64,000 nucleotides of DNA, taken from Octopus sinensis (taxonomy: Eukaryota). Shown here piece by piece: positions 11,336 through 24,926 of the stretch (position 1 is the first letter of the stretch; every line of letters starts with the position of its first letter). The notes beneath the pieces were generated by a model, which was given only the letters and a program-made list of their open reading frames with translations, was not told the origin of the DNA and ran no database searches. Where the stretch lies: assembly GCF_006345805.1 (NCBI RefSeq), contig NC_043013.1, forward strand, positions 7,688,001 through 7,752,000, in the 5' to 3' direction. The translations under genes were made by a program, and so were the position numbers.

Positions 11336-11750
11336 TAGGCATAGGAGTGGCTGTGTGGTAAGTAGCTTGCTTACCAACCGCATGGTTCCGGGTTCATTCC
11401 CACTGCGTGGCATCTTGGGCAAGTGTCTTCTACTATAGCCTCGGGCCGACCAAAGCCTTGTGAGTAGATTTGGTAGACGGAAACTGAAAGAAGCCCGTCG
11501 TATATATGTATATATATATATATGTATGTGTGTGTATGTTGTGTGTGTGTGTGTTTGTTCCCCAACATCGCTTGACAATCGATGCTGGTGTATTTACATC
11601 CCCATAACTTAGCGGTTCGGCAAAAGAGACTGATAGAATAAGTACTAGGCTTACAAAGAATAAGTCCTGGGGTTGATTTGCTCGAATAAAGGCGGTGCTC
11701 CAGCATGGCCACAGTCAAATGACTGAAACAAGTAAAAGAGTAAAGAGAGT
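11336..11750 (+). mobile_element. SINE-A, full length
   Basis: Complete head, core, microsatellite and tail AAAAGAGTAAAGAG. Confidence 0.9.
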
Positions 11751-11994
11751 AACAATAATTCTTTCTACGAGAGGCACAAGACCTGAAATTTTGGAGGAGG
11801 GGGCTACATCAGTTACTTCAACCTCTATACTCAACTTGTGCTTATTTTATCCACCCCAAAAGGATTGAAAGGCAAAGTCAATTTCAGTAGAATTTGAACT
11901 CAGTGTTTAAAGATAGATGAAACTCTGCCAAGTACTTTGTCTGATATTCTAACAATTCTGCCAGTTCACCAACTTAATGATGATAATAATAATA

Positions 11995-12550
11995 ATAATA
12001 TGCCCTGATGCAGTACTAGGCAGTGGCTCTCATGGTTTCTGATCTTAACTGATTGGAAGTGTTATCATGTACATTGTTTTGTCTTGGTATAAAAGAAGGG
12101 CTACAGCAAATATTCTGCTCAATGCCACAGATTTGCTTGTCAATTGTTTGACCATAACCAGTTGAGCATGTCTCCTATGTGCATCTCTGATCATGAGCAG
12201 AAGTAGTTGGGGAGCATAGCCACGTGTTGAGAGGAATTCTTTGGAGTTTGGATAATTCACCTTTGGAAACATAGGTGTTTTGTTCAACATCCTTAAACAA
12301 CCCTTATTCAAGGACCTTTTGAGTGGTATGGGCTACTCAACCCGAAGAAAATTCTAACTGGGCCCCACCTGCAAGGTCATGCGTTGTTTATCTTGATATG
12401 AGATCACCATGTCACGCACATATGGTTGTGATGCATGTGCCTGGTGTACCCTTATCAGACGGGTAGTCACGATGGGTATACTGGGCTTTGTATATTTTAC
12501 CCAAGTGACACTTCAATGGCATGCACTGCTCTCTCACTCAGTAATAATAA
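11995..12550 (+). mobile_element. Interspersed repeat with AAT-type ends, probably a LINE 3' UTR
   Basis: ORF-less block of about 550 bp bounded by (AAT)n at both ends. The class assignment is inferred. Confidence 0.4.
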
Positions 12551-12740
12551 GGTACAGGAGTGTCTGTGTGGTTAGAAATTTATTTCCTAACTACCTTACT
12601 TCAGGTTCAGTCCCACAGTGTGGAACTTTAGGCAAATGTCTTCTACTATAGCCCCAGGCCAACCAAAGTCTTGTGAGTGGATCTTAACTTAAAGAAGCAC
12701 ATCATATATACATGTATGTATGTATGTATGTATGTATGTA

Positions 12741-12785
<45 letters not shown>

Positions 12786-14025
12786 AACCAATTTCGATGA
12801 CTGGCACCCGTGCCAGTGGAGCGCTAACAACTCCATCCAAGTGGGACCACTGCCAGAGCAGCTGTCTGGCTTCCATGCCAGTGGCACATAAAAAACACCA
12901 TTTGAGCATGATCATTATCAGCGTCGCTTTACTGACATATGTCGTGGGTCTTCTATCATCAGTCTTGTCTAGGTGTAATATATCTAGGGGGAGCCCTACC
13001 TATCTAACCTCTGGCCAGAATCTAGCAGCATATACTTTAGTTCAACTATGTCCATCCTAAGGGATAGCTAAAGGGAAAAAGAGGCCTACACTGATTGTCC
13101 TTCTGCTTACCTTATGTTACCGGCCCTACATTTCTAGCAAGTCCCCTCTCGCCCCACAACATCCCTCATATTTAAAATTTTCAGATTGTAAATGTCCATC
13201 TATATCTTCCATATTCAAAGTTTACAATCCTCAGATGGTTTTCTTGCAGTTTTATTGGTGATAAATGCTGTCTACAGCAATTCGAATATGTTACCGACCA
13301 TCATAGCTGGGAGATTTTTATTCACCATCACAATCTGTGCAAGACAACTGTCAAGAAATGAACAGATGCCATTTCACACCATATGCTCTGCAAGCTCCCC
13401 CCCCACACACACACACCAAATTGCAACCTTGTTTTCTATAACTTTTGCAGAATCCTCCTATTTGCTCCTCCTCAACCAAAACGGCTATTCTCAATATTTA
13501 TTGCTCACTTACCTTCCAGCTCCACATGACACACACACAAATCCTTACAAAACTCCTTTAGTTGATTCTACCATGTACCTACAGACCCCAGGTACAACCA
13601 CTTTCACCAAAGGTGATAAATCCCGATTGTCTCCCTTCTTTTATCTTCAAACAGTACTCAACACCAATACTTCTCAAACTATCTGATGTGGCATACTGGT
13701 AGTTTTTTTATTTTTAGTTTTTTCCAATGTGCCAGGGACCAGTAATATTTCTTAGCAATATTAATTTATTGTGTGTCACATGGCTAGCTAGAGGCGATGG
13801 CCTCTTGGAGCTAATCAACGGCAGCATTCGTCCTATATATCTGGACTGCCATGTCAGCTTGGCGATAACTATTAATATCCAGTACCGCTGACCATAGTCT
13901 CGTTTAGAGATACTTAGAAATTTTAATATTTCTATTAATATATATAATGAATATAATAAAAGTTGACAATTTTCTTTTGTCTTATATTTATTCTGTAAAC
14001 AAATAATACAATATTACATAAGCAT

Positions 14026-14360
14026 CGCATGGCTCAGTGGTTAGAGCGTCGAGCTTACGATCGTGAGGTTGTTAGCTCGAATCCTGGACCGGGCTGCATG
14101 TTGTGTTCTTGAGCAAGGCACTTTATTTCACGTTGCTCCAGTTCACTCAGCTGTAGAAATGAGTTGCGATGTCACTGGTGCCAAGCTGTATCGACCTTTG
14201 TCTTTCCCTTGGATAACACTGGTGGCGTGGAGAGAGGAGGCTGGTATGCATGGGCGACTGCTGGTCTTCTATAAACAACCTTGCCCGGACTTGTGTCTAG
14301 GAGGGTAACTTTCTAGGTGCAATCCCATGGTCATTCATGACCGAAGGGGGTCTTTACCCC
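14026..14360 (+). mobile_element. SINE-C, full length
   Basis: tRNA-like head TGGCTCAGTGGTTAGAGCG..CTCGAATCC, CORE-like CTTGAGCAAGGCACTTTA, TTTACCCC tail. 12-bp TSD TTACATAAGCAT (14014-14025, 14361-14372). Confidence 0.9.
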
Positions 14361-15292
14361 TTACATAAGCATTTTATAAGGTTTCTTTCTTTTCTGGAAA
14401 CTGCGTACCGGCTGCTGATGGCTTGCGGACTGGCACTGGTCCGCAGACCACCACTTTGAGTAGCACTGCTCTACACTACTTGCTTCTGTTCTCAAAAGAG
14501 ACAAAAAACAAAAATCTCTCTCTTGACTACCTCTATCTATAGAAATATGCAAGAATGAGTCCCACTCCCAAGAATGGTAACCTCTTTTACTCTGCAATCA
14601 ACCAATCTTATAAACAACGATTTCCTCTATTATTTAGAGTTTCTTTCCTTCCTTAGTTTGAAACAGTATGGTTTCTGTTGATCCAAATCAAATGTTTTCT
14701 CTATGTTATGAACCAGATTTTTCTTAATTTAAAAACTTTGGTAAAGCATTTAATATTAAGTAAACTCTTTGACCACAACTAGGAAGTCATGCCTATGGTC
14801 TCCATCTGTCTCTGAACTCTCAAATTGGAAGTTTCCTGTCTGATAGCTTCATCACAGCAGGCATTGTCAAATTTGACCCAAATTCCCTACTTCAAAGTTT
14901 GGTTAAATCCTCCACAATTTTTTTTTTTAGTTTACTAATGACCTACTTGTTATTACTTCTAACTACACTTACTTCCATGCACATGACAACATCCTCCACT
15001 CTTCTTTAACCTTCTATAGACAGCTGTTATCATTGTACAATTTAGATACCACACCCTAGACATAAATTGGTTCCACAAATACCCACCAATGTGGAAATAA
15101 ACTTGTTTTCTTTGAAAGCACAAGCACAATAGCTATCACACATATCATAACTGACAGCTAAATCTATCAAAGCTGTTACAAATGCCACTCTTTATAATTT
15201 CTCATGATCATTCATGGGAACCACATAAGTATATGTTTTCGAATTTCTTTTGCAAGATTCCTGATGTGTAATCATGTGTTGAAGTAGGGATG

Positions 15293-15608
15293 GTCATATT
15301 TTGGGTTGGTCATTTATTTATTTGGTCTTCACTTCATATATATTATTGTTCTTATTTTATGCCCATTGTCTGGAAATCTTTTGTGAGGAGGAGACAGCAC
15401 ATGGGATGGGGAATCACTGAAGAGGTCTTTCATCACACATCTTGTGACCTCTTCAGCGTTTCTCCATCCCATGGTGTCTCCACTTGACAAAAGATTTCCA
15501 GACAAAGGACATAAAATAGGAAAAATGGTAAATCTGGATTGAAGAGTGAATAAATAGCGCGTGTATTTATTTGGCAAAAAAACTAAAATGACCACCCCAA
15601 AGTATGAC
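15293..15608. mobile_element. Foldback / MITE-like palindromic element
   Basis: Inner arms TGTCTGGAAATCTTTTGT..CTGAAGAGGTC and GACCTCTTCAG..ACAAAAGATTTCCAGACA around a short loop. Outer arms GTCATATTTTGGGTTGGTCATTT and AAATGACCACCCCAAAGTATGAC. Confidence 0.8.
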
Positions 15609-15794
15609 AAACACACAAAAATTATATTCTAAATTTGTATCTAGAACACTGTTTCTTTTTTTTTTTTCAATACCGAAAGATATCTCGGCCAAGATCAATT
15701 ATTGATCATTTGCAAAGCTAAAATGAAACTCACAGTAAAATACTGTTCATATAAACATAAACACCCTAAACCCTATAAAAATGACCATCTAGCA

Positions 15795-16046
15795 CAATGT
15801 TTCTGAACCATGTTTTACCTGTGGACCCCTTTGATTTCTATTTTACTTGGAGGGCCCCTCCTAGCCATTCAATGTTAAAAACAATCCTATTTTCAAAATT
15901 AAGTATTATTAGGAATTGTATAAAAATAATTATTAAAATATACTGTGTATTGTAAAAGTATAACCAATTTATTGAGATATTTTAATAACAAAATATTATA
16001 TGAACCCCACCCCAAGGGCTATATGGACCCCAGTTGAGAACTACTG
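15795..16046. mobile_element. hAT/Charlie-type MITE, degenerate
   Basis: CAATGTTTCTGAAC ... GTTGAGAACTACTG termini and internal GGACCCC motifs. Related to 56702-57032. Confidence 0.55.
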
Positions 16047-16082
16047 AGAAAGCTTATCTGGTAAAAATAAAAAAAAAAAAAA

Positions 16083-16310
16083 GGCGAGCTGGCAGAAACG
16101 TTAACATGCCAGATGAAATGCTTAGCAGTATTTCGTCTGCCGTTACGTTCTGAGTTCAAATTCCGCCGAGGTCGACTTTGCCTTTCAACCTTTTGGGGTT
16201 GATAAATTAAGAACCAGTTATGCACTGGGGTCATTGTAATCAACTTAATCCCTTTGTCTGTCCTTGTTTGTCCCCTCTATGTTTAGCCCCTTGTGGGTAT
16301 GAAAGAAATA
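16083..16310 (+). mobile_element. SINE-D, full length; other copies at about 11760-11975, 20800-21010, 29870-30010, 31030-31470, 32650-32860, 34378-34830, 46430-46625, 48150-48385, 48945-49180 and 51155-51375
   Basis: GGCGAGCTGGCAGAAACGTTA..GAGTTCAAATTCCGCCGAGGTCGACTTTGCCTTTC core. Confidence 0.9.
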
Positions 16311-16367
16311 AGAATCTGGTAAAAATTCATATAAACATGTTACAACTTCTGACCCACATATAATTAC

Positions 16368-16439
16368 TTCTCTTTTCATCAATTTCACTGGTCAAAGAGG
16401 CTCTGTGGGGGTCATGAAAACTGCTCCCTTCCTCCAGAT
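16368..16439 (-). CDS. Candidate internal exon of the minus-strand gene: (D)LEEGSSFHDPHRASLTSEIDEKR
   Basis: Strong acceptor ttttttcctttcacttactattag| and donor |gtaatt. 72 nt, with only the phase-1 frame open. Confidence 0.6.
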
Positions 16440-16577
16440 CTAATAGTAAGTGAAAGGAAAAAAACCCTGAAGCACCATTCCATAATAAAGCCCTAAGAGC
16501 TGTATTTTCTAATGTTCCATAAGTGTTTTATAACATTCTAATAACCTTCTTATAACCATTCGCTACAGTTTTAACAG

Positions 16578-17295
16578 TACACATGGCTCAGTGGTTAGAT
16601 CGTTACGCTCACAATCATGAGGTAGTGAGTTTGATTCCCAGACCAGGCTGTGTGTTGTGTTCTTGAGCAAGACACTTTATTTCATGTTTACTCCAGTTCA
16701 CTCATCTCTTTTACTCTTTTACTTGTTTCAGTCATTTGACTGTGGCCATGCCGAAGCACTGCCTTTAGTCAAGCAAATCGACCCCAGGACTTATTCTTTG
16801 TAAGCCTAGTACTTATTCTATCGGTATCTTTTGCTGGACTGTTAAGTTACGGAGACGTAAACACAACACCATCAGTTGTCAAGTGATGTTGGGGGGACAA
16901 ACACATATATACATACATATATATATATATATGTATATATATATACGACTGGCTTCTTTCAGCTTCTGCCTACCAAATCCACTCACAAGGCTTTGGTCGA
17001 CTCGAGGCTATAGTAGATGACACTTGCCCAAGATGCCACGCAGTGGGACTGAACCCGGAACCATGTGGTTCATAAGCATGCTACTTACCACACAGCCACT
17101 CCGTAGAAATGAGTTGTAACATCAATAGTGCCAAGCTGTATTAGCCTTTGCTTTTCCCTTGGATAACACTGGTGGCGTGGAGAGAGGATGCTGGTATGCA
17201 TGGGCAATTGTTGGTCTTCCCTAAACAGCCTTGCCCGGACTTATGCCTCGGAGGGGAACTTTCTAGGTGCAATCCCATGGTCAGTCATGACCAAC
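16578..17295 (+). mobile_element. SINE-C interrupted by an antisense SINE-A (about 16705-17101)
   Basis: The SINE-C sequence stops at CCAGTTCACTCA and resumes at GTAGAAATGAG after a minus-strand SINE-A. Confidence 0.85.
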
Positions 17296-17698
17296 AGAGG
17301 TCTTTTTTTTTTTCAACATTTTTAACAGATATGATGTGGAAACCTCTTTATATATGACTATGGTATAGTTCCAGCCATGACTCACCTGCACAATTACCTA
17401 TTTTACTGGATTTAGGAAATAATACTAAGAATGCTCAAGATTGCACAAAAAGAAAAAGAGAGAAAATGAAATGATTTGATGTAAAAAAAAAGTGTGTGTG
17501 TGTGTGTGTGTGTAGGCACAATGGCTGTGTGGTTTAGAAGCTTGCTTTGTAGCCATGTGGTTTTGGGTTCAATTCTATTCCCTGGCACCTTGTGTGTGTG
17601 TATCTTCTACTACTAGCCCCAGGCTGACCAATACCTTGTGAGTGAGATTTGACAGATGGAAGCTATGTGGAAGCTTATTATGTGTGTATGTGTGTATA

Positions 17699-17920
17699 TG
17701 GAGTGGTGCTGAAAAGTTCTTGGCTTTGGATAAAAGAAAATACAAGAGGATCAGTTAATTATGATTTTATTCAACATATTCCCCTCTCAGATTCACACAC
17801 TTATTGCAGTGGTCCTTCAGTTTTTCTGAGCCCCAAAAATAGAACTCGGAAGGTTGGACCTCCAGCTTGGCCCTTCACAATACCCTTAACCAATACCAGG
17901 AACTTGTCAACACCTCCTCA
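17699..17920. mobile_element. mariner-derived MITE inserted in the microsatellite of a SINE-A (about 17513-18115)
   Basis: TIRs TGGAGTGGTGCTGAAAAGTTC and GAACTTGTCAACACCTCCTCA, with TA on both flanks. Homologous to 47994-48434. Confidence 0.75.
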
Positions 17921-18563
17921 TATGTCTGTGTGTGCCTGCCTTTGCCCCTGCCAACCAAAGTTGGTTTGTTTACATCCCTATCAACTTAGTGACACAGCAA
18001 AATAAAAACGACAGAACATGTATCAGACTTAAAAACAAGTACTAGGGTTCATTTGGTCCACTAAACCCTTCATAATGTTGACCTATCCTGGCTGCATTTC
18101 AGTGGCAGAAACAGTAAAAGATTCACCTTAGACCTTTATCTTCAGCCTTGGGTTTGTCTTATTTTCCCACCTTTTGTTCTATCCATTTTTCTATTTCTAC
18201 CATCCTTCCACTTTTCTATCTGTCTCTCTACTTTCCTTTTCAAATCCTAGGTGACATCATTTTCCATGTCCTTCTACACATCTTATCTTGATGCTGTCTC
18301 AAAGCCATAAGACCTTTATTGATATGTTTATATTGACACTTGTACCAGGCTGTCATTTGTTTGTTTTCATCACCATCTTTTACGTTTGCTCATTTATTCA
18401 CAGCAAATCTTTGCTGTTGACTTCACCAAAATGAACTATTTTAGCATTAAAGACATGGAACTTTTATGATCTTTGGATGATAACTAATGAGAGAAGAGCA
18501 TGTTCAGTGCGTGAATTTACTGTCTGTTCTTTTGTTATTCTTCTGTGCAATATTTAAATTATA

Positions 18564-18910
18564 TCATCATCATCGTTTAGCGTCCACTTTCCATGCTGGC
18601 ATGGGTTGGACGGTGCAACTGGGATCTGGGAAGCCAGAAGGCTGCACCAGGCTCCAGTCTGATCTGGCAATGTTTCTACGGCTGGATGCCCTTCTTAACG
18701 CCAACCACTCCGTGAGTGTAGTGGGTGCTTTTTACATGCCACCTGCACAGGTGCCAGACAAGTCTGGCAAACGGCCATGATCGGATGGTGCTTTTTACGT
18801 GCCACCGGCACGGAGGCCAGGCGAGGCTGGCAACGGCCTTGATCGGATGGTGCTTTTTACGTGCCACTGGCACGGCCACGATCGGATGGTGCTTTTTACG
18901 TGCCACCCAA
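18564..18910 (-). mobile_element. RTE-type LINE 3' end with four copies of the GGTGCTTTTTACRTGCCAC motif; similar tails at about 46790-47720, 51597-51930, 59620-59780, 60693-60920, 62590-62960 and 63090-63270
   Basis: (CAT)n tail and GGATGCCCTTC.TAACGCCAACCA motif, identical in layout to the 3' end of the coding RTE relic at 57499-58695. Confidence 0.85.
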
Positions 18911-19426
18911 ATGTGGCTAGCCTTTAAGGGTCGCTGCTACTATAGCTTATAGCCCCAGGAATACATCTCCTCCAGCTGGCTATTGACACAGTATCTGTGC
19001 CCTATCAGTATTTGCAAAGGGAAGTCATCGTTCCCATCTCCAGCCTGACGTGATACACATGGACCCGGGTTTCTGGGTATTGACCCATCATCAGCGTGCG
19101 ACAACCACCGGTTGGCAATGGGAAATGGTTCTCAGTGCAAATATATATATATACTTTTCCCAGTGATGAAAAGTCACTGATCTTGAAAAAGTAGAAACAA
19201 GCAATAATGAATCTCTGAGCAAGATATAAACAGTAGCTGCACGACATCGTGAAGTATATTTACCACTTAAATGTGGATAACTCTTAAGGGTCGATGCTAC
19301 TGTAGCTTGTAGCCCCAGGAAGACATCTCCTCCAGCTGGCTTGGTAGTTAAGATAAATCCCAGCTGTTTCCTCTTGAAGCACATCCATTTATTCCATTTC
19401 TACAATCCAGTATGTAGTCACAGCTA

Positions 19427-19816
19427 GTGGAGGCGTAATGGCCCAGTGGTTAGGGCAGCGGACTCGCGGTCATAGGATCGCGGTTTCGATTCCCAGACCG
19501 GGCGTTGTGAGTGTTTATTGAGCGAAAACACCTAAAAGCTCCACGAGGCTCTGGCAGGGGGTGGTGGTGATCCCTGCTGTACTCTTTCACCACAACTTTC
19601 TCTCACTCTTACTTCCTGTTTCTGTTGTACCTGTATTTCAAAGGGCCGGCCTTGTCACTCTCTGTGTCACGCTGAATATCCCCCAGAACTACGTTAAGGG
19701 TACACGTGTCTGTGGAGTGCTCAGCCACTTACACGTTAATTTCACAAGCAGGCTGTTCCGTTGATTCGGATCAACCGGAACTCTCGTCGTTGTAACTGAC
19801 GGAGTGCTTCCACAAC
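19427..19816 (+). mobile_element. SINE-F, full length
   Basis: tRNA-like head. TSD AGTCA(C/T)AGCT (19416-19425, 19817-19826). Near-identical to 41555-41941 and 52741-53127. Confidence 0.9.
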
Positions 19817-19919
19817 AGTCATAGCTGCTGATGTATGTTAGTCAAAATACATATTAAGTGAGAATTAGGGAAATATCAATTGTATAAAAAAAAACAGGAT
19901 AACACCCACTTTCCTGTTT

Positions 19920-20675
19920 TGTTGTATATATATATATTATTTTACTTGTTTTAGTCATTTGACTGTGGCCATGCTGGAGCAACACCTTGAAGTGCTTTTG
20001 TTGAACAATTCAACCTCAGGGCTTATTCTATCGGTCTCTTTGCCAAACCTCTGAATTCTGGGGATGTAAACACACCAATACCAGTTAAGGATGATGGGCA
20101 GAACAAACACAGACACAAAGACACACACTCCTAGATACATACATATTTACATAATGGGCTCCTTTCAGCTTCTGTCTACCAAATCTACTCATAAGGCTTT
20201 GGTCGGCCCAAGGTGCCACACAATAGACTGAGCCTTTTTTGCCACACACACACACAATGAGCTCTATATTAAACACAGCTATACAATCTATACTCTCTCT
20301 TAACTCTTTTACTTGTTTCAGTCATTTGACTGCGGCCATGCTGGAGCACTGCCTTTAGTCGAGCTTTGTTCTTTGTAAGCCCAGGACTTATTCTATCGGT
20401 CTCTTTTGCTGAACCGCTAAGTGACGGGGATGTAAACACACCAGCATCGGTTGTCAAGCAATGCTAGGGAGACAAACACAGACACACAAACATACACACA
20501 AATATATATATACGACAAGCTTCTTTCAGTTTCCTTCTACCAAATCCACTCACAAGGCATTGGTCGGCCCGAGGCTATAGCAGAAGACACTTGCCCAAGG
20601 TGCTACACAGTGGGACTGAACCCGGAACCATGTGGTTGGTAAGCAAGCTACTTACCACACAGCCACTCCTGCACC
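19920..20675 (-). mobile_element. Two adjacent SINE-A copies
   Basis: Two minus-strand tail-to-core units at about 19920-20280 and 20290-20675. Confidence 0.85.
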
Positions 20676-21220
20676 TATGTGGTAGATAGTAAAGTTTTTT
20701 TTGCAAACAAATTAATGTAAATAGCATTAAAAGGTTAATTAATACATAATTACGGTAACGACAGAACAATATTAGTCAGCGATTAATAGTTATTTATTTC
20801 ATCACAAGGCCATTATGTTTTTTTATGGTTTTGAAGGAGGATGTAGTCAATTTAGTTGACTTCAGTACTTAACTAGTACTTATTTTATTGCTCCCGGAAC
20901 AAAGAGAAAATAAGCTGACCTGGGTGGGATGTGAACTTGTGATGTAAATGGATGTAACTAAAGACTATAAGGCATTTTGTCTGCCACTAAGTTGATTTTG
21001 CCAATCCCATCATCACTTAGCGTCATTTCATCACTTGTGTACTAGGGGTCCAATAGCCATAATGGATATATGAACACTGTACACTTTGATTAATATACCC
21101 ACTCTATTGACAAATATATGAGTGCATATTTTTTCTTATTTATGGGACCACGTGTGTACTGTTGGCGATTTTTTTTTTTTTTCCTCTGTCTTCCCTTCTC
21201 TGGATCTTTCCTTCTCCTAT

Positions 21221-21255
21221 GTTTCCAACGAAGAGCTCCGCTCGAAACGTTAAAC
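21221..21255 (+). ncRNA. Degenerate minimal type-I hammerhead ribozyme motif in a Penelope-like pLTR fragment (about 21170-21350)
   Basis: GTTT-CCAACGA-A-GAGC(TCC)GCTC-GAAAC-GTT-AAAC. Helix I, helix II and GAAAC/GUH are present; the core deviates from CUGANGA at positions 4 and 5. Confidence 0.55.
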
Positions 21256-21708
21256 CCTCCTTCTTTCCTGAGCGTCCAATAATACTATATTTGTTCCATA
21301 TCCTCGCGTTGTTGTGTTTTTTTGTGCTTTCATGTTTGGATTAACTTTATATATATATATATATATATATATTGTTGATGTCAAGACTTTAGAAATTTCA
21401 TGAACAGGCACAGGAGTGGCTGTGTGGTAAGTAGCTTGCTTACCAACCACATGGTTCTGGGTTCAGTCCCACTGTGTGGCACCTTGGGCAAGTGTCTTCT
21501 ACTATAGCCTCGGGCCAACCAAAGCCTTGTGAGTGGATTTGGTAGACGGAAACTGAAAGAAGCCTGTCATATATATGTATATATATATATATATGTATGT
21601 ATATATATGTATATATATATATATATGTATGTAATATATATGTATATATATATATATATATATGTATTATATATATTATATATATATATATATTATATAT
21701 ATTATATA

Positions 21709-21744
<36 letters not shown>

Positions 21745-21810
21745 TATATGTATGTATGTATGTATATATATATATGTATGTATGTATTATATATATATAT
21801 ATGTATGTAT

Positions 21811-21873
<63 letters not shown>

Positions 21874-21881
21874 TATGTATG

Positions 21882-21921
<40 letters not shown>

Positions 21922-22040
21922 TTATATGTATGTATATATATATGTATGTATATATATATATATGTATGTAATATATATTATATGTTATATATATATATGT
22001 ATGTATGTATATATATATATATATATATGTATGTATATAT

Positions 22041-22866
22041 ACTTTGATACTTTGATAGGTTTCGGCCATTATTGGCCCAGGCCATGTCTAACTTAATAGC
22101 ACCACCTGGTGAAGTCTTTCAAGTCAGAATTTGGGCACTATGGCCCACTCAAGTAGAGAGTTATTGTTTACAGAGACATATCCGGGTGTAGGGGGTTTAT
22201 CCGGGATTTCTTGAAGGAATCTGTCCAAAGACTTCTTGAACCCTATAGGGTCAGTTTCTGTTTTAATGTGTTTTGGTGTAATGTTAAAGAGAGCGGGGCC
22301 AATTGAGGTGAAATAATTGTGCCGTATTGTTGTTATGAGATGAGAGTGCGATTTTTGTTTTGGGCGGATGGCACGGGGCCCAAGCCTTGGATGTACCTTA
22401 AAGGTGATGCCAACATCATTTGAGCAATGCTGATGGAATATTTTCCACATCATGCAGATGATGTAGCGCTCACGACGACGTTGGAGAGAATAGAGTTTTA
22501 GCTTTTCTAGTCGACCCCAATAGTCGAGGCCTGTCATGCCATCTATCTTTTTTGTGATTGCCCTTTGAGGTGCTTCAACTTTTATGATACCTTGTATTGT
22601 GTGGGGAGACCACAGTGGACAACAGTATTCAGGTGGGGTCGGGCAAAAGTGGAGAAGAGAAGGATAATGGTGTGGATATCTCTCGACTGGAAAGTTCTGA
22701 GAATCCAGGAACACATTCTGCGGGCCATGTCAACTTTGGTGTTTATATGAGTGGCCCAGCTTACGTTGTTGTCCACAATTACTCCCAAGTCTCTGATGTT
22801 GTTGGACGCCGCGAGAGTTTCACCTGAAGGAAGGGAGTATGGGAGTTTCAGGGCATCCTCTTCCAA
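22041..22866 (-). mobile_element. 5'-truncated CR1-group LINE (ORF2 C-terminus, one frameshift)
   Basis: [53 protein letters not shown] motifs. 3' tail of repeated TATCAAAG. Confidence 0.9.
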
Positions 22867-22879
22867 AGTGGATTAGCTT

Positions 22880-22926
22880 ATATATATATATATATATATG
22901 TATGTATATATATATATATATGTATG

Positions 22927-22996
<70 letters not shown>

Positions 22997-23064
22997 TGTA
23001 TGTATATATATATGTATGTATATATATATGTATGTATATATATATGTATGTAGTATATATAATG

Positions 23065-23096
<32 letters not shown>

Positions 23097-23098
23097 TG

Positions 23099-23129
<31 letters not shown>

Positions 23130-23538
23130 GTATGTATATATATATATGTATGTGTATATATTATATATATGTATATATATATGTATGTGTATATATATAT
23201 GTATGTGTATATATATATGTATGTGTAATATATATATATATATGTATATATATATATGTATGTATATTATATATATATGTTATATATATATATATTATGT
23301 ATATATATATATATGTATGTATATATATATATATGTATGTATTATATATATATGTATGTATATATATATGTATGTATATATATATATATGTATGTATATA
23401 TATATATGTATGTATATATATATATATGTATGTATATATTATATGTATATATATATGTATATATATGTATTATGTATGTATATATATATGTATATATGTA
23501 TGTATATATATATGTATATATATATGTATATATATATG

Positions 23539-23577
<39 letters not shown>

Positions 23578-23596
23578 ATATATATATATATATATG

Positions 23597-23627
<31 letters not shown>

Positions 23628-24174
23628 GTATGGTATATATATATATATATGTATGTGTATATATATATATATATGTATGTGTATATATATATATATATTA
23701 TATGTATGTGTATATATATATAATATATATATGTAATGTGTATATATATTATATATATATATGTATGTGTATATATATATATATATATGTATGTGTTATA
23801 TATATATATATGTATGTGTATATATATATATATATATGTATGTGTATATATATATATATATATATGTATGTGTATATATATATATATATAATATATGTAT
23901 GTGTAATATATATATATATATATATATGTATGTGTATATATATATATATATGTATGTGTATATATATATATATATATATATTATGTGTATATATATATAA
24001 TGTATATATATATGTATGTATGTATATATAGATGTATGTGTATATATATATGTATGTATTATATATATATATGTATATATATATATATGTATGTATATAT
24101 ATATATATGTATGTATGTATATATATTATATATGTATATATATATATATGTATGTATATATATAGATATGTATG

Positions 24175-24244
<70 letters not shown>

Positions 24245-24285
24245 TGTATGTATATAATATATGTATGTATATATATATATGTATG

Positions 24286-24316
<31 letters not shown>

Positions 24317-24503
24317 GTATGTATATATTATATATGTATGTATATATATATATATCTGTATGTATATATATATATATGTAGTATATATATATATATATAT
24401 ATGTATATAATATATATATGTATATATGTATATATATATATATGTATTATATATGTATATATGTATATATATATATGTTGTATATATATATATATATATA
24501 ATA

Positions 24504-24543
<40 letters not shown>

Positions 24544-24926
24544 ATATATATATGTATATATATATATATATGTATGTGTATATATATATATGTATGTGTA
24601 TATATAATGTATGTGTATATATATATGTATGTGTATATATATTATGTATGTATATATATATATATTATATATATATGTATGTGTATATATATATGTATAT
24701 ATATATATGTATGTGTATATATATATATATGTATGTTATATATATATGTATGTATGTGTATATATATATATAGATGTATGTGTATATATATATATATATA
24801 TGTATGTTATATATATATGTGTATATATATAATATATATGTGGTATATATATATATATATGTATGTGTATATTATATATGTAGATTTTAATCCATTCTTG
24901 TTGCTTTTTTCCTATATATATATATG

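Noticed and set aside
19561-19764. Recurrent 67-aa ORF MVVIPAVLFHH.. (also at 41604 and 52790) and the MSSNARGTNT.. ORFs
   Set aside because: They lie inside SINE-F and SINE-A copies. The recurrence reflects copy identity, not coding function.
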